From the IMG/VR virus record IMGVR_UViG_3300037067_013742, positions 64,001 to 128,000 of that record: DNA of 64,000 bases; one strand, given 5' to 3'. Positions 53,930 to 63,609 of the stretch are shown here, in pieces. The position numbers were made by a program, and so were the translations under genes. Position 1 is the stretch's first letter, and each line of letters begins with the position of its first letter. Under the pieces are notes generated by a model that saw only the letters and a program-made list of their open reading frames with translations, had not been told where the DNA came from and ran no database searches. Source of the stretch: a virus (taxonomy: Duplodnaviria > Caudoviricetes).

Positions 53930-56122
53930 ATGAGTCCAGTTCTTAGTAGGACATATACTGACTTTTCCACAAAGAGAATTGTTTACGAAAAGGTTGTGGA
54001 GCGTCGGGTCGGGTTTGAAAAGGACGTTCTTCCCGCTGGTTGGAAGTGGGATTGTCGTCATTTAGTTGGTGACAAGATAGTCGAGACCTTACCCTTTCCA
54101 GGGATTAAGACTAGCCACTTATTAGGTATCCCTCGAGACTATTGGCAGAATGGCCCCATCTCTGGTTCAAGTGGTGACTCTCTTGAGGTTCAAGAGGTAG
54201 TAGAGGTTTTTGCGAACGGTCGTGAGCGTTGGGTTCCCAAAATTCATCGTGGTGGTTTTATAATTTGGCGGCAACCATCATACTTATTTTCTGATGATTC
54301 AGTTATAGAAACACTTGACCCACTATCTTTGGATAGTGATGGTCGGTCAACTCACACATTAGCTAGAGAGCTAAGGCCTAATTCTCCAATTGCGGTAACT
54401 ATTTTTCAAAGGGATTCGTTGGGAGAAATCTCTCCGTGGAGAACTCATCTTCGAAGAGAGCGCTTTTCCGGCCTTCGAGATGTTGATGATAACGAGCTAA
54501 CTACTCGAAGTGGAGATACACTTTATTGGGCAAATGTAGATACTACTAAAAATGAATTTCTCTCTATAGTAAGAGATGATTCTATTTTTCTACAATTTAA
54601 CAAGAGTGTAGTTGAGTCTATCTCTCGACAATTTATTCCTGCAGACATTTTAGATTTCAACGAGATGGAATATCTCGGGACATCTAACGGATCGGACGAC
54701 CAGCAGTTTACGACCAAGTATTTCCCAATTGGAAATAGTTCAAATCTATACTGCTATGTTGTAAATAATGCAACTAGTACTTGGACTGCCTATTCTGTTG
54801 TTACTTCTTTTACTGCGGCCAACCAGGTAATTATCGACTACGATCTTGGTGTCCTGACCTTTGGAACGTCAGCATCTGGACCAACTCCAGCTCTTCCTCC
54901 TAACCGAGCTGTCTACCTTGCTTATCAAGCAGTCCCACGTATTGAATATGAAGAGTACGGTTACTCAGATGTCTTTACGGCAAAGGAAGCTGATGTAAAT
55001 CCAGTTGCTCAAAGTTTGAATAAAGGCTTTGTAGTTGTTGGCAGGGGAGAGCTCGATATCTCTAGCATCATCTTAAGTACAACAAAGTCTTCTTACAAAG
55101 CTGATGCCGATACTTTCGGCCCCGTATATGTCGGCGCCGATTACGCCTCTCTTTTAGCTCACGTCTATTCTTCTGCCGGGTCGTTAGTACCTAATGCAGA
55201 GGTCACGTTCTGGATTACCACGGCTCCGGCAGTTGGTGGTGTTGGTGGTTCCGGAAGCTCTGCTCAACGAAGAACTGGTTATGATGGGATAGCTCGTTGT
55301 GCTTATACTCCTCCAACTTCAGTAGATAGTATGGGGTTCTTTATTACCTCTGTTGGAGTTGGGAATACGATTACTCTTCCGTCTGGTGCTGCTTTTGAAG
55401 ATACGGCTGATGTTTATACCTATCATGTTTTAAAAGACGATCCATGGAAGGGCAAGGTTGGTGCTGATACTTCCATTGGAGAAATTCCTTGGAGCGCCAG
55501 CCCACCAAATGGTCGAAAGGTTATCTTTTATAAGTGGGACGCTGCTGCCATTAACCCCATTACTGGAAAGCTAGGGGCCTATGCTCCAGTCCGGCCTTCG
55601 AGTATTTCTGGTGGCAATGTCCTTACTTATGCTGATACTTTAGTAGCCCCAGATCCAACTCCGTCAAGTACTAACCTTGGTGCTTACTGGATTGTCTCTG
55701 ATAGGTACGTCAGCATCCAAGCTTCTGTATATTCGCCAAGATTAAATAGGACTATTCTTTCTAACACGATTAGAATCCGAGTAGAAATTCCCCTCTATAT
55801 GAGAGGTGAGTATATAAAGAATAACCTAAACGCAATCCCATTTGGTTGGAGGATAAAGGATACAACCTATGAAGTTGCTTCTGCTTTTGGTGGCGCAACA
55901 TATATTTCTATAAATCCATTTGCTGGTCCTTATCCTATTGTTGATGTTATTGCTGGAGAGACTTGGGATCCTTATTGCGGATTTGATCCATACTCATTCT
56001 GGCCATATGACTTTAGCGTTACCGGTCCTTATCCATATGTTTATGAGTATCACGTCCCGCCAACTCCTCCGTTTGTAGAGCGTGGATTTGCGAACCTCGG
56101 ATTTTCGTTTACTATCGTCTAG
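53930..56122 (+). CDS. Virion structural protein with an Ig-like domain (baseplate/fibre, 730 aa)
   Basis: GTSNGSDDQQF, IDYDLGVLTFG, Big_1-like VPNAEVTF..TGYDGIA. Confidence 0.6.
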   Translation: MSPVLSRTYTDFSTKRIVYEKVVERRVGFEKDVLPAGWKWDCRHLVGDKIVETLPFPGIKTSHLLGIPRDYWQNGPISGSSGDSLEVQEVVEVFANGRERWVPKIHRGGFIIWRQPSYLFSDDSVIETLDPLSLDSDGRSTHTLARELRPNSPIAVTIFQRDSLGEISPWRTHLRRERFSGLRDVDDNELTTRSGDTLYWANVDTTKNEFLSIVRDDSIFLQFNKSVVESISRQFIPADILDFNEMEYLGTSNGSDDQQFTTKYFPIGNSSNLYCYVVNNATSTWTAYSVVTSFTAANQVIIDYDLGVLTFGTSASGPTPALPPNRAVYLAYQAVPRIEYEEYGYSDVFTAKEADVNPVAQSLNKGFVVVGRGELDISSIILSTTKSSYKADADTFGPVYVGADYASLLAHVYSSAGSLVPNAEVTFWITTAPAVGGVGGSGSSAQRRTGYDGIARCAYTPPTSVDSMGFFITSVGVGNTITLPSGAAFEDTADVYTYHVLKDDPWKGKVGADTSIGEIPWSASPPNGRKVIFYKWDAAAINPITGKLGAYAPVRPSSISGGNVLTYADTLVAPDPTPSSTNLGAYWIVSDRYVSIQASVYSPRLNRTILSNTIRIRVEIPLYMRGEYIKNNLNAIPFGWRIKDTTYEVASAFGGATYISINPFAGPYPIVDVIAGETWDPYCGFDPYSFWPYDFSVTGPYPYVYEYHVPPTPPFVERGFANLGFSFTIV

Positions 56123-56131
56123 GAGATAAAG

Positions 56132-58585
56132 ATGGCCGATGCTCTTAAGCAAACTCTAATAAATACAAACTTTGTTGCTGGTGAACAGCCGGATGCGAAT
56201 AAACTAACCAATGCTATTGGTCAGCTTCAGGGCGCTCTAGAACAGGTAGAAGAGGCCATTGGGGATATCTATAACCAACAGTCTTTTCTTGGTAGGTCTG
56301 GTGGTCGTCATGAGTATGACTTATCTCCTCTTCCCTTAACAGGCCCGAATCTAGCCCGTGAAGTCGGACCAGCTGGTCTTTTGAATCCGAGGCATTTTGG
56401 TACAGATTATAGAACTTTGGAGGTAGTTTTCGCAGCATCTCATTCTGTTTCTGGCGATCCTCCAACCAGACATGGATACAATCACTACAATCGCCGGCAA
56501 TTTGTTTTACCAAGAGCTCCAATCATTGCTCAGACATATCCAGAAGATAGTACCTACAGCCAAACTTATTCTTATCTAGTTGGTGGGGCCTATTGGGCTC
56601 TTTCAAATCCAGGGGCTGGCTATACTGATGCAACCGTAACCGGAACTGGTAAGGTTGTTACTCCAGTAACCAACATTTCTAATCTTGCCGTAACTGGGGA
56701 TTACCATGTTAGCTATGATGGGGTGATAACTTTATATGATGAGCTGGATGATGATGGTATTAATCCGCCAGAGGCATTCAAGCTAACCTACAAATTTACA
56801 GATCAATGGGATGCTTATTGGGGGGCAAGTCCTAATGTTCTCCCAGACTTTGAACAGACTACGCCGCTTTGTACTGTTGCTTTAGATGTTGGAACCACCT
56901 ACATCGTAACTTTGCCAATGATGAATGCTCGTCGGGGAACAATAGATCTCACTACGTTTACTGGCGCTTTAAGAGACCTAACCTGGGACAATGCAGCTGC
57001 TGATATAGATCCTATGGACGGGACTCAGTTGTATCTACCCAGGGCCCTGACTGTAAATCTCGTAGATGGAGATGAGATCCCGTCAGGTTCAATTCAGCTT
57101 TGGGACGAGACGGCTGGTAAGGTCCTAAAGGGAATTACCTTTACCTACTTTACCAACTCCAGCGTTCGGGCGAGCGGAGCTGTACTTGTGCCGAGCACTG
57201 ATCGATATCGTTTGGTTGTACCAGGAACCGATATTGCTGGGTGTCTTGGTCATCTTCGCGAAAGCTTCCTACAGCATGACCATACTGGTCGGACAATTAG
57301 AGGTGACGGAAGTTATATGGGCCATCGACTTCATCATGAAGATCTACTAGGTCTTGTAGATGAAGGTGGCATTATTGATACTGATGAGTTCCCAGCGTTC
57401 CGAGAGTCAACTCTCGGGATGACAAGGAATCCACACCCTCAATACCTACATCGTCTTGGTTATAAATATAATGATAAGTTAACTGATGGGGGTGACTCTG
57501 AGGCAAACTGGAACAATGCTCTTCTTGGAGATCTTGTCCTAGGAGATAAGGATGGAGGAGTTGGGTTAGTTGACGATAGCTGGGGTCTGTATTTCGGTAG
57601 TGTTCTAGGTCCTCATATCTACTTTGATCAAGGAGACCACCAGTTTGTTATGTCTTCGGGAGTTGGTGGTGCTTGGGACGATTGTCCATATGGCGGGATA
57701 AAAGTCGGATCTTCTCTTACACTAGGTACTTCTACCGCCGCCGCGTATCCCAGGATAACAGCGGATATGGCTCTTAATGTAACGACCCATTACACCTTGA
57801 TGCAGTCATTTGAGAGCAAGGATGCCAATCGTGGAAGCGTAAGAATATATGCAACAACTGAAAGTACCTTTGGGACTGCTGGTGGGTTAGTAATTACAAC
57901 TAACGCTCAGTTTGTTGCTCTTGGCTGGATGCGGGATACAGACGCATCACAAGCAACCAGAATGGATATTCTCGGCCAAAGGGTTGTGATATCAACCTTT
58001 GATGCAATTGGTGATGCTGATGGTTTATGGACTGATGCAGCTTGGAACTCTGGCGTGGGTGGTTGCGTTCCACTAGAGGTTGTTGGCTATCCCAATACTG
58101 GTGTCGCCACCTTAATGATGGAAGATGCCCTTTTGGGTGTTAAGAATGCATCTTCTGCGGGAAGCAATCCCGCTGCTGGTTCTGTGGTTGTAAAAGATTC
58201 CTTATACGCAAAGAATATTCCTAAGGCCTGGGCTCATGTAGAGTGCGGAGCAGGAATCCCAGTAATATATGATTCGTTCGGTTTTTGGAATGCAGCGGCT
58301 CCCGTTATCGAAGACCGTCCGGCCTACGCTGGAAACAATGTTGTTCTGTCGTTTACAAATGATATGGCAAGTCATTATTACGCAATTTTGGTTACTGGAA
58401 TGGCGGCTGGCGGATATATCTTCTGGGGCTCGCCCGTTATTGGAGCCGAGGAAACACATATAGGTTTTGGAGCTTATGAAGTGTCTACTCACCTTGGGGG
58501 CGCTGAAGACGCTGGAGCTGCAGTAGTTGCGTTAGATGGTAGTAATATTCGTGTTAGCGTTCTTGTTTTCGGCGAGCAAAAATAG
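56132..58585 (+). CDS. Putative tail fibre protein (817 aa)
   Basis: SD AGGAG; HDHTG, HHEDLLGL, PHPQYL fibre motifs; C-terminal PKAWAHV beta domain. Confidence 0.7.
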   Translation: MADALKQTLINTNFVAGEQPDANKLTNAIGQLQGALEQVEEAIGDIYNQQSFLGRSGGRHEYDLSPLPLTGPNLAREVGPAGLLNPRHFGTDYRTLEVVFAASHSVSGDPPTRHGYNHYNRRQFVLPRAPIIAQTYPEDSTYSQTYSYLVGGAYWALSNPGAGYTDATVTGTGKVVTPVTNISNLAVTGDYHVSYDGVITLYDELDDDGINPPEAFKLTYKFTDQWDAYWGASPNVLPDFEQTTPLCTVALDVGTTYIVTLPMMNARRGTIDLTTFTGALRDLTWDNAAADIDPMDGTQLYLPRALTVNLVDGDEIPSGSIQLWDETAGKVLKGITFTYFTNSSVRASGAVLVPSTDRYRLVVPGTDIAGCLGHLRESFLQHDHTGRTIRGDGSYMGHRLHHEDLLGLVDEGGIIDTDEFPAFRESTLGMTRNPHPQYLHRLGYKYNDKLTDGGDSEANWNNALLGDLVLGDKDGGVGLVDDSWGLYFGSVLGPHIYFDQGDHQFVMSSGVGGAWDDCPYGGIKVGSSLTLGTSTAAAYPRITADMALNVTTHYTLMQSFESKDANRGSVRIYATTESTFGTAGGLVITTNAQFVALGWMRDTDASQATRMDILGQRVVISTFDAIGDADGLWTDAAWNSGVGGCVPLEVVGYPNTGVATLMMEDALLGVKNASSAGSNPAAGSVVVKDSLYAKNIPKAWAHVECGAGIPVIYDSFGFWNAAAPVIEDRPAYAGNNVVLSFTNDMASHYYAILVTGMAAGGYIFWGSPVIGAEETHIGFGAYEVSTHLGGAEDAGAAVVALDGSNIRVSVLVFGEQK

Positions 58586-58600
58586 TAGTTAGTAGGTTTA

Positions 58601-60994
58601 ATGGCTACTCTATCCTTCACTTTTATAGTAGATAATGTTTCGCATACTACCAGTATTGGTACGCGGCGAAACATAAAGAAGGCTGTACTCTTTACTCGGT
58701 ACCAGGGAATAGTTAACTCGTCAGAAGCTGTTTGCGCCTATGTTGGTACTAAAGAGATTAATCCCGCCTCTAATCTAAAGATTGTTCATCTAGAGGACTC
58801 TATCCCGGAGAACTCACGCACAGTAATTACTGGCGACTCTCAGTTTGCTAGCACCTCATATAGTTTTGCTTCTAAGTACTTCACTCTTACTGATGTATTT
58901 GGTGACTATGTTTCAGATGAGCTAACCCCACTTTACTGGAAACATATTCTTCCCGATCCGGCGATAGATCCAGACAGCGTTAGGATTTTAGATTCAGAGC
59001 TTAATGAAGTTGATGTAAATTCTTTCGAGGTAGTTCGTATCAATGAGTATGATGCTACGGAACTTCCAATCGATGGATCTTATGAAGAGTGTGCTGTCTA
59101 CAGCAATTACCTAAATTCCTATAATGAAGAAACTGGAGATGTCGTTCTTTATTTCGTTAGGTATGAAGCTATTGGAGAAACTCACTATGAGGTTTTAAAT
59201 CAGGTCCCAGCTTATACTGAGGCAACCTTCGATGATGTCTCAACTATAACTAGTGACCTAAAGTATTGGAGAAAGGTCTATACCATTTCTCCCGGGCTTA
59301 CTTATTACACAATAACAACTCCTACTGTTAGTACATACTCTATTCGGCCGATGGAAACAGGTCGGATTGTTTTAAGAGAGCCCATTCAATCTGACGATAC
59401 GATCCCCTGGTTTGTGAACATCTCAAATGGAGCCTTCTCTGCCTTGAGAGATGGGACCTCATTCTCCTATTCAGTTCCCGAATATAGTAACCAGGACTTT
59501 TCTCCTATAGAGCCTTACAAAGCTTCAATTGACGAAGAGGCCGTTTATATCCGCTCGGACGTAATTAAGGTTGCTAATGGTGATCTAGAGATAGATTCAA
59601 CATTCTTTGTAATGAATATCATTATCAAAGATTATCTTGGCAAGACTCTTTATGCACTAACAACAGATACTTCGGCGGATGGGGAGACCTATTACGAAGG
59701 CAACGATACGGTAATTAGAAATATTAGCGGTCAAGAGGAGCTAGTTCTTTGGGATGGATATGGGATTTCTAGCTGGGATACTAATACTGGATTCATCCAC
59801 TTTAAGAGAGAGTATCCAGATACTTATACCTTTTTAGTTTCTTATTACTATAAGGAGACGGGTTATCTCTATTCTTCTTTAAATTTGAATCCTATCTTTG
59901 ACGAGGAGTATCAAGGTCACTCCTATGTGATTTATATCGTGCCGACTGGTGGAAGTAATGGCAATACTGGGACTCAATCTTCTTCTATCCAATGGATTAA
60001 GGTAGATAGAAGTGGGCGAATTACTGACACTTCCCAAGATGCGGCTACCGGGAACGTAGACCTAAAGAGTGAAATAAATACAGATGGCGAGTATGCCTTT
60101 TACTCTAAGTCGGCGACAACAACAGCAGCTGGTGGTATTACTGGTAACCCGGTTGGACAAGATCATTTAGTAGTTGCCGATACTACGGGCTTTCCGGAAA
60201 ATGGAATTGTTACCTGGACGGATCTTTCTGGGACGGAAAGAATCGTTGGGTTTAATAGCATAACCACAACACGTATAAACTTTACCTCTTATAATCTACT
60301 AGCTGGCATTTTCCCTGGTACTGATATCTATCTCTATTCTTTTAAAGATAGGTTTTCTTCTGATACATCTAACGACTATCAGTGGTTCATTCTTGGTGAG
60401 GCTTACGCCCGCCCAAGTTCTAGAATAGAAGAACTGTCTCTAATTGACCTCAGGTTGCACGGGGGAGTAATTAAAGAGTCTAAGTACTTAGAAGCTTCTA
60501 AGATCGATCCTAGAGCGGTTTGGGCCCGTCCAGAGACCATCTCTACGAGGGGTCAGGTAATACCTGGAGATAGTGTGGCCGTGGTCAAGATACCCTTCAC
60601 TCTTCTTACTGATTATGGTGGAGAGTTTACCGAGCAGGCTATTCTAGAGATCGTCGAGAAAAGGCATCTTGCTACTGGGGTTATCCCAGTGATTATTTAT
60701 CATGGGGCAATTCCAGAGATAGAAAGTATATCTTCAACTTCAAGTTCTATTACAATATGTTGGGCATCAGAGGGTACCGAGTATTCTTATAATGTATACA
60801 AGTCTTCTATGAAGACTGGACCATGGACTAAAGATAACACAGAAGCAATTGCTGGTACTGCATATGGGAATTGCTATACATTAACTGGACTTATCCCTGG
60901 TCTGGTCTACTATGTTTGTGTTACATCTATAAGTGCCACTGATGTTGAGAGTCCAAAGAGTGTAGTATGGGGAGCTAGGACAAGGTTATCATAA
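58601..60994 (+). CDS. Virion structural protein with a C-terminal fibronectin type III domain
   Basis: SITICW..YNVY..YTLTGLIPGLVYYVCVTSI..ES..S FN3 signature. Confidence 0.75.
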   Translation: MATLSFTFIVDNVSHTTSIGTRRNIKKAVLFTRYQGIVNSSEAVCAYVGTKEINPASNLKIVHLEDSIPENSRTVITGDSQFASTSYSFASKYFTLTDVFGDYVSDELTPLYWKHILPDPAIDPDSVRILDSELNEVDVNSFEVVRINEYDATELPIDGSYEECAVYSNYLNSYNEETGDVVLYFVRYEAIGETHYEVLNQVPAYTEATFDDVSTITSDLKYWRKVYTISPGLTYYTITTPTVSTYSIRPMETGRIVLREPIQSDDTIPWFVNISNGAFSALRDGTSFSYSVPEYSNQDFSPIEPYKASIDEEAVYIRSDVIKVANGDLEIDSTFFVMNIIIKDYLGKTLYALTTDTSADGETYYEGNDTVIRNISGQEELVLWDGYGISSWDTNTGFIHFKREYPDTYTFLVSYYYKETGYLYSSLNLNPIFDEEYQGHSYVIYIVPTGGSNGNTGTQSSSIQWIKVDRSGRITDTSQDAATGNVDLKSEINTDGEYAFYSKSATTTAAGGITGNPVGQDHLVVADTTGFPENGIVTWTDLSGTERIVGFNSITTTRINFTSYNLLAGIFPGTDIYLYSFKDRFSSDTSNDYQWFILGEAYARPSSRIEELSLIDLRLHGGVIKESKYLEASKIDPRAVWARPETISTRGQVIPGDSVAVVKIPFTLLTDYGGEFTEQAILEIVEKRHLATGVIPVIIYHGAIPEIESISSTSSSITICWASEGTEYSYNVYKSSMKTGPWTKDNTEAIAGTAYGNCYTLTGLIPGLVYYVCVTSISATDVESPKSVVWGARTRLS

Positions 60995-61512
60995 TGACTG
61001 TTTCAGTAAGATTTTCTCAGTCGACTCTTGGGGAGCCAGTTTCGCTGGCCCAATCTTTAGGCTCGATAACCCCAGGAGCTTCTGCCAATGTCTATGACGT
61101 CTATATTAGCCATACGGGAACTTCTCCCATAACGGATTGTGGAATATATATTATTCCTTATACAGCCGGTATTTATCTTGGGACAAGAACTGCTCAGGAT
61201 GACTTTGATGATATTCTGGTCTGGGGAGATGTTTCTTATCCCGCCTTAACTGGTGGACTTTACGTAAACCAGAATGCGGCTGGTGGCTTTGATGTTGCCG
61301 ACTGGGAGACTTTTAGAACTGGTCATGGTGACTCTCTTGCTAATGCCTTCCCCCTTTCTGTGAATGCTATCAACTTAGGAGCTGCCGTCGCGGGCGAGAT
61401 TGCTTCTGGTGGAGAGGCTCATATAAGAATTAGACTAGATGTTCCGGCTGGCTGTACAGATACTGGCACTTTCTATTTCGACGTAAAGTTAGACTATACT
61501 GCAACCTCCTAA
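60994..61512 (+). CDS. Hypothetical beta-sandwich virion protein (172 aa)
   Basis: TAATG coupling; beta-rich; weak resemblance to 9640-10095. Confidence 0.6.
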   Translation: MTVSVRFSQSTLGEPVSLAQSLGSITPGASANVYDVYISHTGTSPITDCGIYIIPYTAGIYLGTRTAQDDFDDILVWGDVSYPALTGGLYVNQNAAGGFDVADWETFRTGHGDSLANAFPLSVNAINLGAAVAGEIASGGEAHIRIRLDVPAGCTDTGTFYFDVKLDYTATS

Positions 61513-61570
61513 ACCTCTCCCCTTATTTCTCTTCGTTATGAAAAGGTAGGCGAGTGAGCTACTATAGAAG

Positions 61571-61599
61571 TTGCTCATTATGTCTTGGCGTAATATTCT
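61571..61599 (+). promoter_or_regulatory. Sigma70-type promoter TTGCTC-17-TATTCT
   Basis: -35 at 61571-61576, -10 at 61594-61599; short leader with GGTGG before ATG 61618. Confidence 0.55.
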
Positions 61600-61617
61600 G
61601 ACGTTAGTGGTGGTGAA

Positions 61618-63609
61618 ATGATTCCATTTCTGTCCGGCTTTCTAAAGAATCTGCCTGCTATTCAGACTAAGCAGCTCTTGCGGATACTCTCTCAAAGAAG
61701 AGATAGTGGAGAGATAAGGACTCAGGATGAGTTCGTGAAAGAGCTTTCTGTTCTTGCCAATATGATCGGTGGTTCTAAGCTCTCACAAAAGACTCCAGCT
61801 TTAGCCTTTCAGGAGGGAGACTTAATAGAGTCAGATGCAGTTAGAACTTTTCTAGATGCTACGAAGATGGATATGGAAGCCCTTCTTGGAGAGGCAGAGA
61901 ATCTTAGTAACGTTGTTCGCGCGCACCATAAGATTCTTACAGAGAACTATTTCGATGCTCTAGAAGCAGCTCTTGATGAGCTCGAGTCTGATGTAAGGGC
62001 CTATGAAGTTCTTACGACGAGAAAGTTTACTGGGTTTACTAAAAGAATTAAGAGCCTTAACTTTTCTGGATCTAATATGGCGGTTGGTGCCTCTGCTGCA
62101 GATCCTTTCAGCTCTTCTTTATTCTCAGATCTTCGTTCGGGAAAGGCACCTACTTTATCTCCCCCTCGCATGGGTGAGCTGGGAATTCATTTGGGCATTC
62201 TCCCGGATCATAGTGAATATCAAAAACTCTTTACCAAGATCGAGATTATTACAGATTCCACTACTCCACAGACGGCTCTTTCTACAGACGCTGACGGAAA
62301 TGTTCCTGATAATGTAATAGATGGAAACTCTTACACTTTATGGCAAAGGGGTATCCTACTAGATAGCTACCCACCATTTTGCAGGATGAAGTTACTTCTT
62401 TCCTTTCCAGTTCCGGAAAGGATTAGTGCTTTAGTTGTAAGTCCGGTATCTGACGTGCCTCTAAAAATAGCAGATATCTCGTATATAGATTCTGGGGGAA
62501 CCGAGCATGAGCTTGGGGTTGGCTCTATGCATATTGCAACCTCTACTGCTGTTGGCGCGGGGATGACTCGGTCAGATCTTCTTAGCGGAGCTCCACGAGT
62601 AGATATGGAAGATTGGGTTGTCTCTAATAGACCCAAGACTATTCCGTTAGGCGATCTAACCGTAAGTAAGGTAATCTTAACTTTGCAGCAGGGTACTGCT
62701 ATTCCAGCAGAGTTCTACTATTACGATTCAGACATAGGGGGCTGGAGAACTAGTCCGGTATTAGAAGAGCTTTTAAGAGAGAGACTAATGGGTATTGGCG
62801 GATCCATTTCTGAAGACCTTGGCTTTATCGGGCTTGAGGGGGAAGACACAAGGCTTGGTCGGTTTGTGGAGTATCGTTTTGGCTTGCGTGACGTTTACTG
62901 TTTGGAGCGAGAGTATCAAGATACTGGCCTCTTTGTACCAGAGCCGATTACTATAGGTGCTCCGAAAGTATTGGCCTTTTTTGCTGATGCCGAGTTCCCA
63001 ACCTGTGAATCATCTGACATAGAGTTCCTTCTGAAGAAGGAAAACTACGATAGTGCTGGGAGTCTTTTAGATACTGAAGTAATTCCGTTTCTAGCTTATG
63101 GAGATTCATCTGTAGACGAGAGGCTCTTTCTAAAGAGTCGCAACAAAGTCCTTACAACTAAGGGCCTTAACGATACTGCCACTACTCGTTTTTATCCAGA
63201 CTTCTCTAGTTCTTTTGAAGTTTATGTCGGGGAGTCTCTTCTGACTCTCGGGAATGAATACCATATATCGGTAGATGGTGGGTCTACGTGGGAAAGTGTC
63301 GTTCCTCCAGTCGGTGTTACGACTACTCCCAAAGAGTGTCGGATAAGGTTTAAAAATCCGTCCACTAGTGCGATCTTAAGGGTTGTATATACTCCCCTTG
63401 TTTCTGGTCAAACTGAAGGTAGCGAGGTATGGCTAAATGCCAATAGAACGGTAAGGTTAGATAAGTATCAGACATACGTTTTCGATTCTGCCCGTTCGTA
63501 TGGTGAAGTTTCTAGCTGTAAGATTGGGTTGCAGATTCTTGTCCGTTCTAATACTCTGAACACAAGAGTTTCTCCTTATCTAAAAGAGATTGTGATTTTA
63601 GGTAATTAG
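61618..63609 (+). CDS. Virion structural protein: N-terminal coiled coil, discoidin-like domain, beta domains (663 aa)
   Basis: NVIDGNSYTLW resembles the F5/8 type C start; YHISVDGGSTW (Asp-box-like); C-terminal SPYLKEI. Confidence 0.6.
   Translation: MIPFLSGFLKNLPAIQTKQLLRILSQRRDSGEIRTQDEFVKELSVLANMIGGSKLSQKTPALAFQEGDLIESDAVRTFLDATKMDMEALLGEAENLSNVVRAHHKILTENYFDALEAALDELESDVRAYEVLTTRKFTGFTKRIKSLNFSGSNMAVGASAADPFSSSLFSDLRSGKAPTLSPPRMGELGIHLGILPDHSEYQKLFTKIEIITDSTTPQTALSTDADGNVPDNVIDGNSYTLWQRGILLDSYPPFCRMKLLLSFPVPERISALVVSPVSDVPLKIADISYIDSGGTEHELGVGSMHIATSTAVGAGMTRSDLLSGAPRVDMEDWVVSNRPKTIPLGDLTVSKVILTLQQGTAIPAEFYYYDSDIGGWRTSPVLEELLRERLMGIGGSISEDLGFIGLEGEDTRLGRFVEYRFGLRDVYCLEREYQDTGLFVPEPITIGAPKVLAFFADAEFPTCESSDIEFLLKKENYDSAGSLLDTEVIPFLAYGDSSVDERLFLKSRNKVLTTKGLNDTATTRFYPDFSSSFEVYVGESLLTLGNEYHISVDGGSTWESVVPPVGVTTTPKECRIRFKNPSTSAILRVVYTPLVSGQTEGSEVWLNANRTVRLDKYQTYVFDSARSYGEVSSCKIGLQILVRSNTLNTRVSPYLKEIVILGN

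Noticed and set aside
61513-61617. Small RNA, tRNA or small ORF in the largest intergenic gap
   Set aside because: No cloverleaf or stable stem is evident and only tiny ORFs are present; a promoter explains part of it.
539-62636. All minus-strand ORFs and short alternative-frame plus-strand ORFs in the track
   Set aside because: They lie within or across long, motif-bearing + strand genes, show no recognisable motifs, and look like shadow ORFs.
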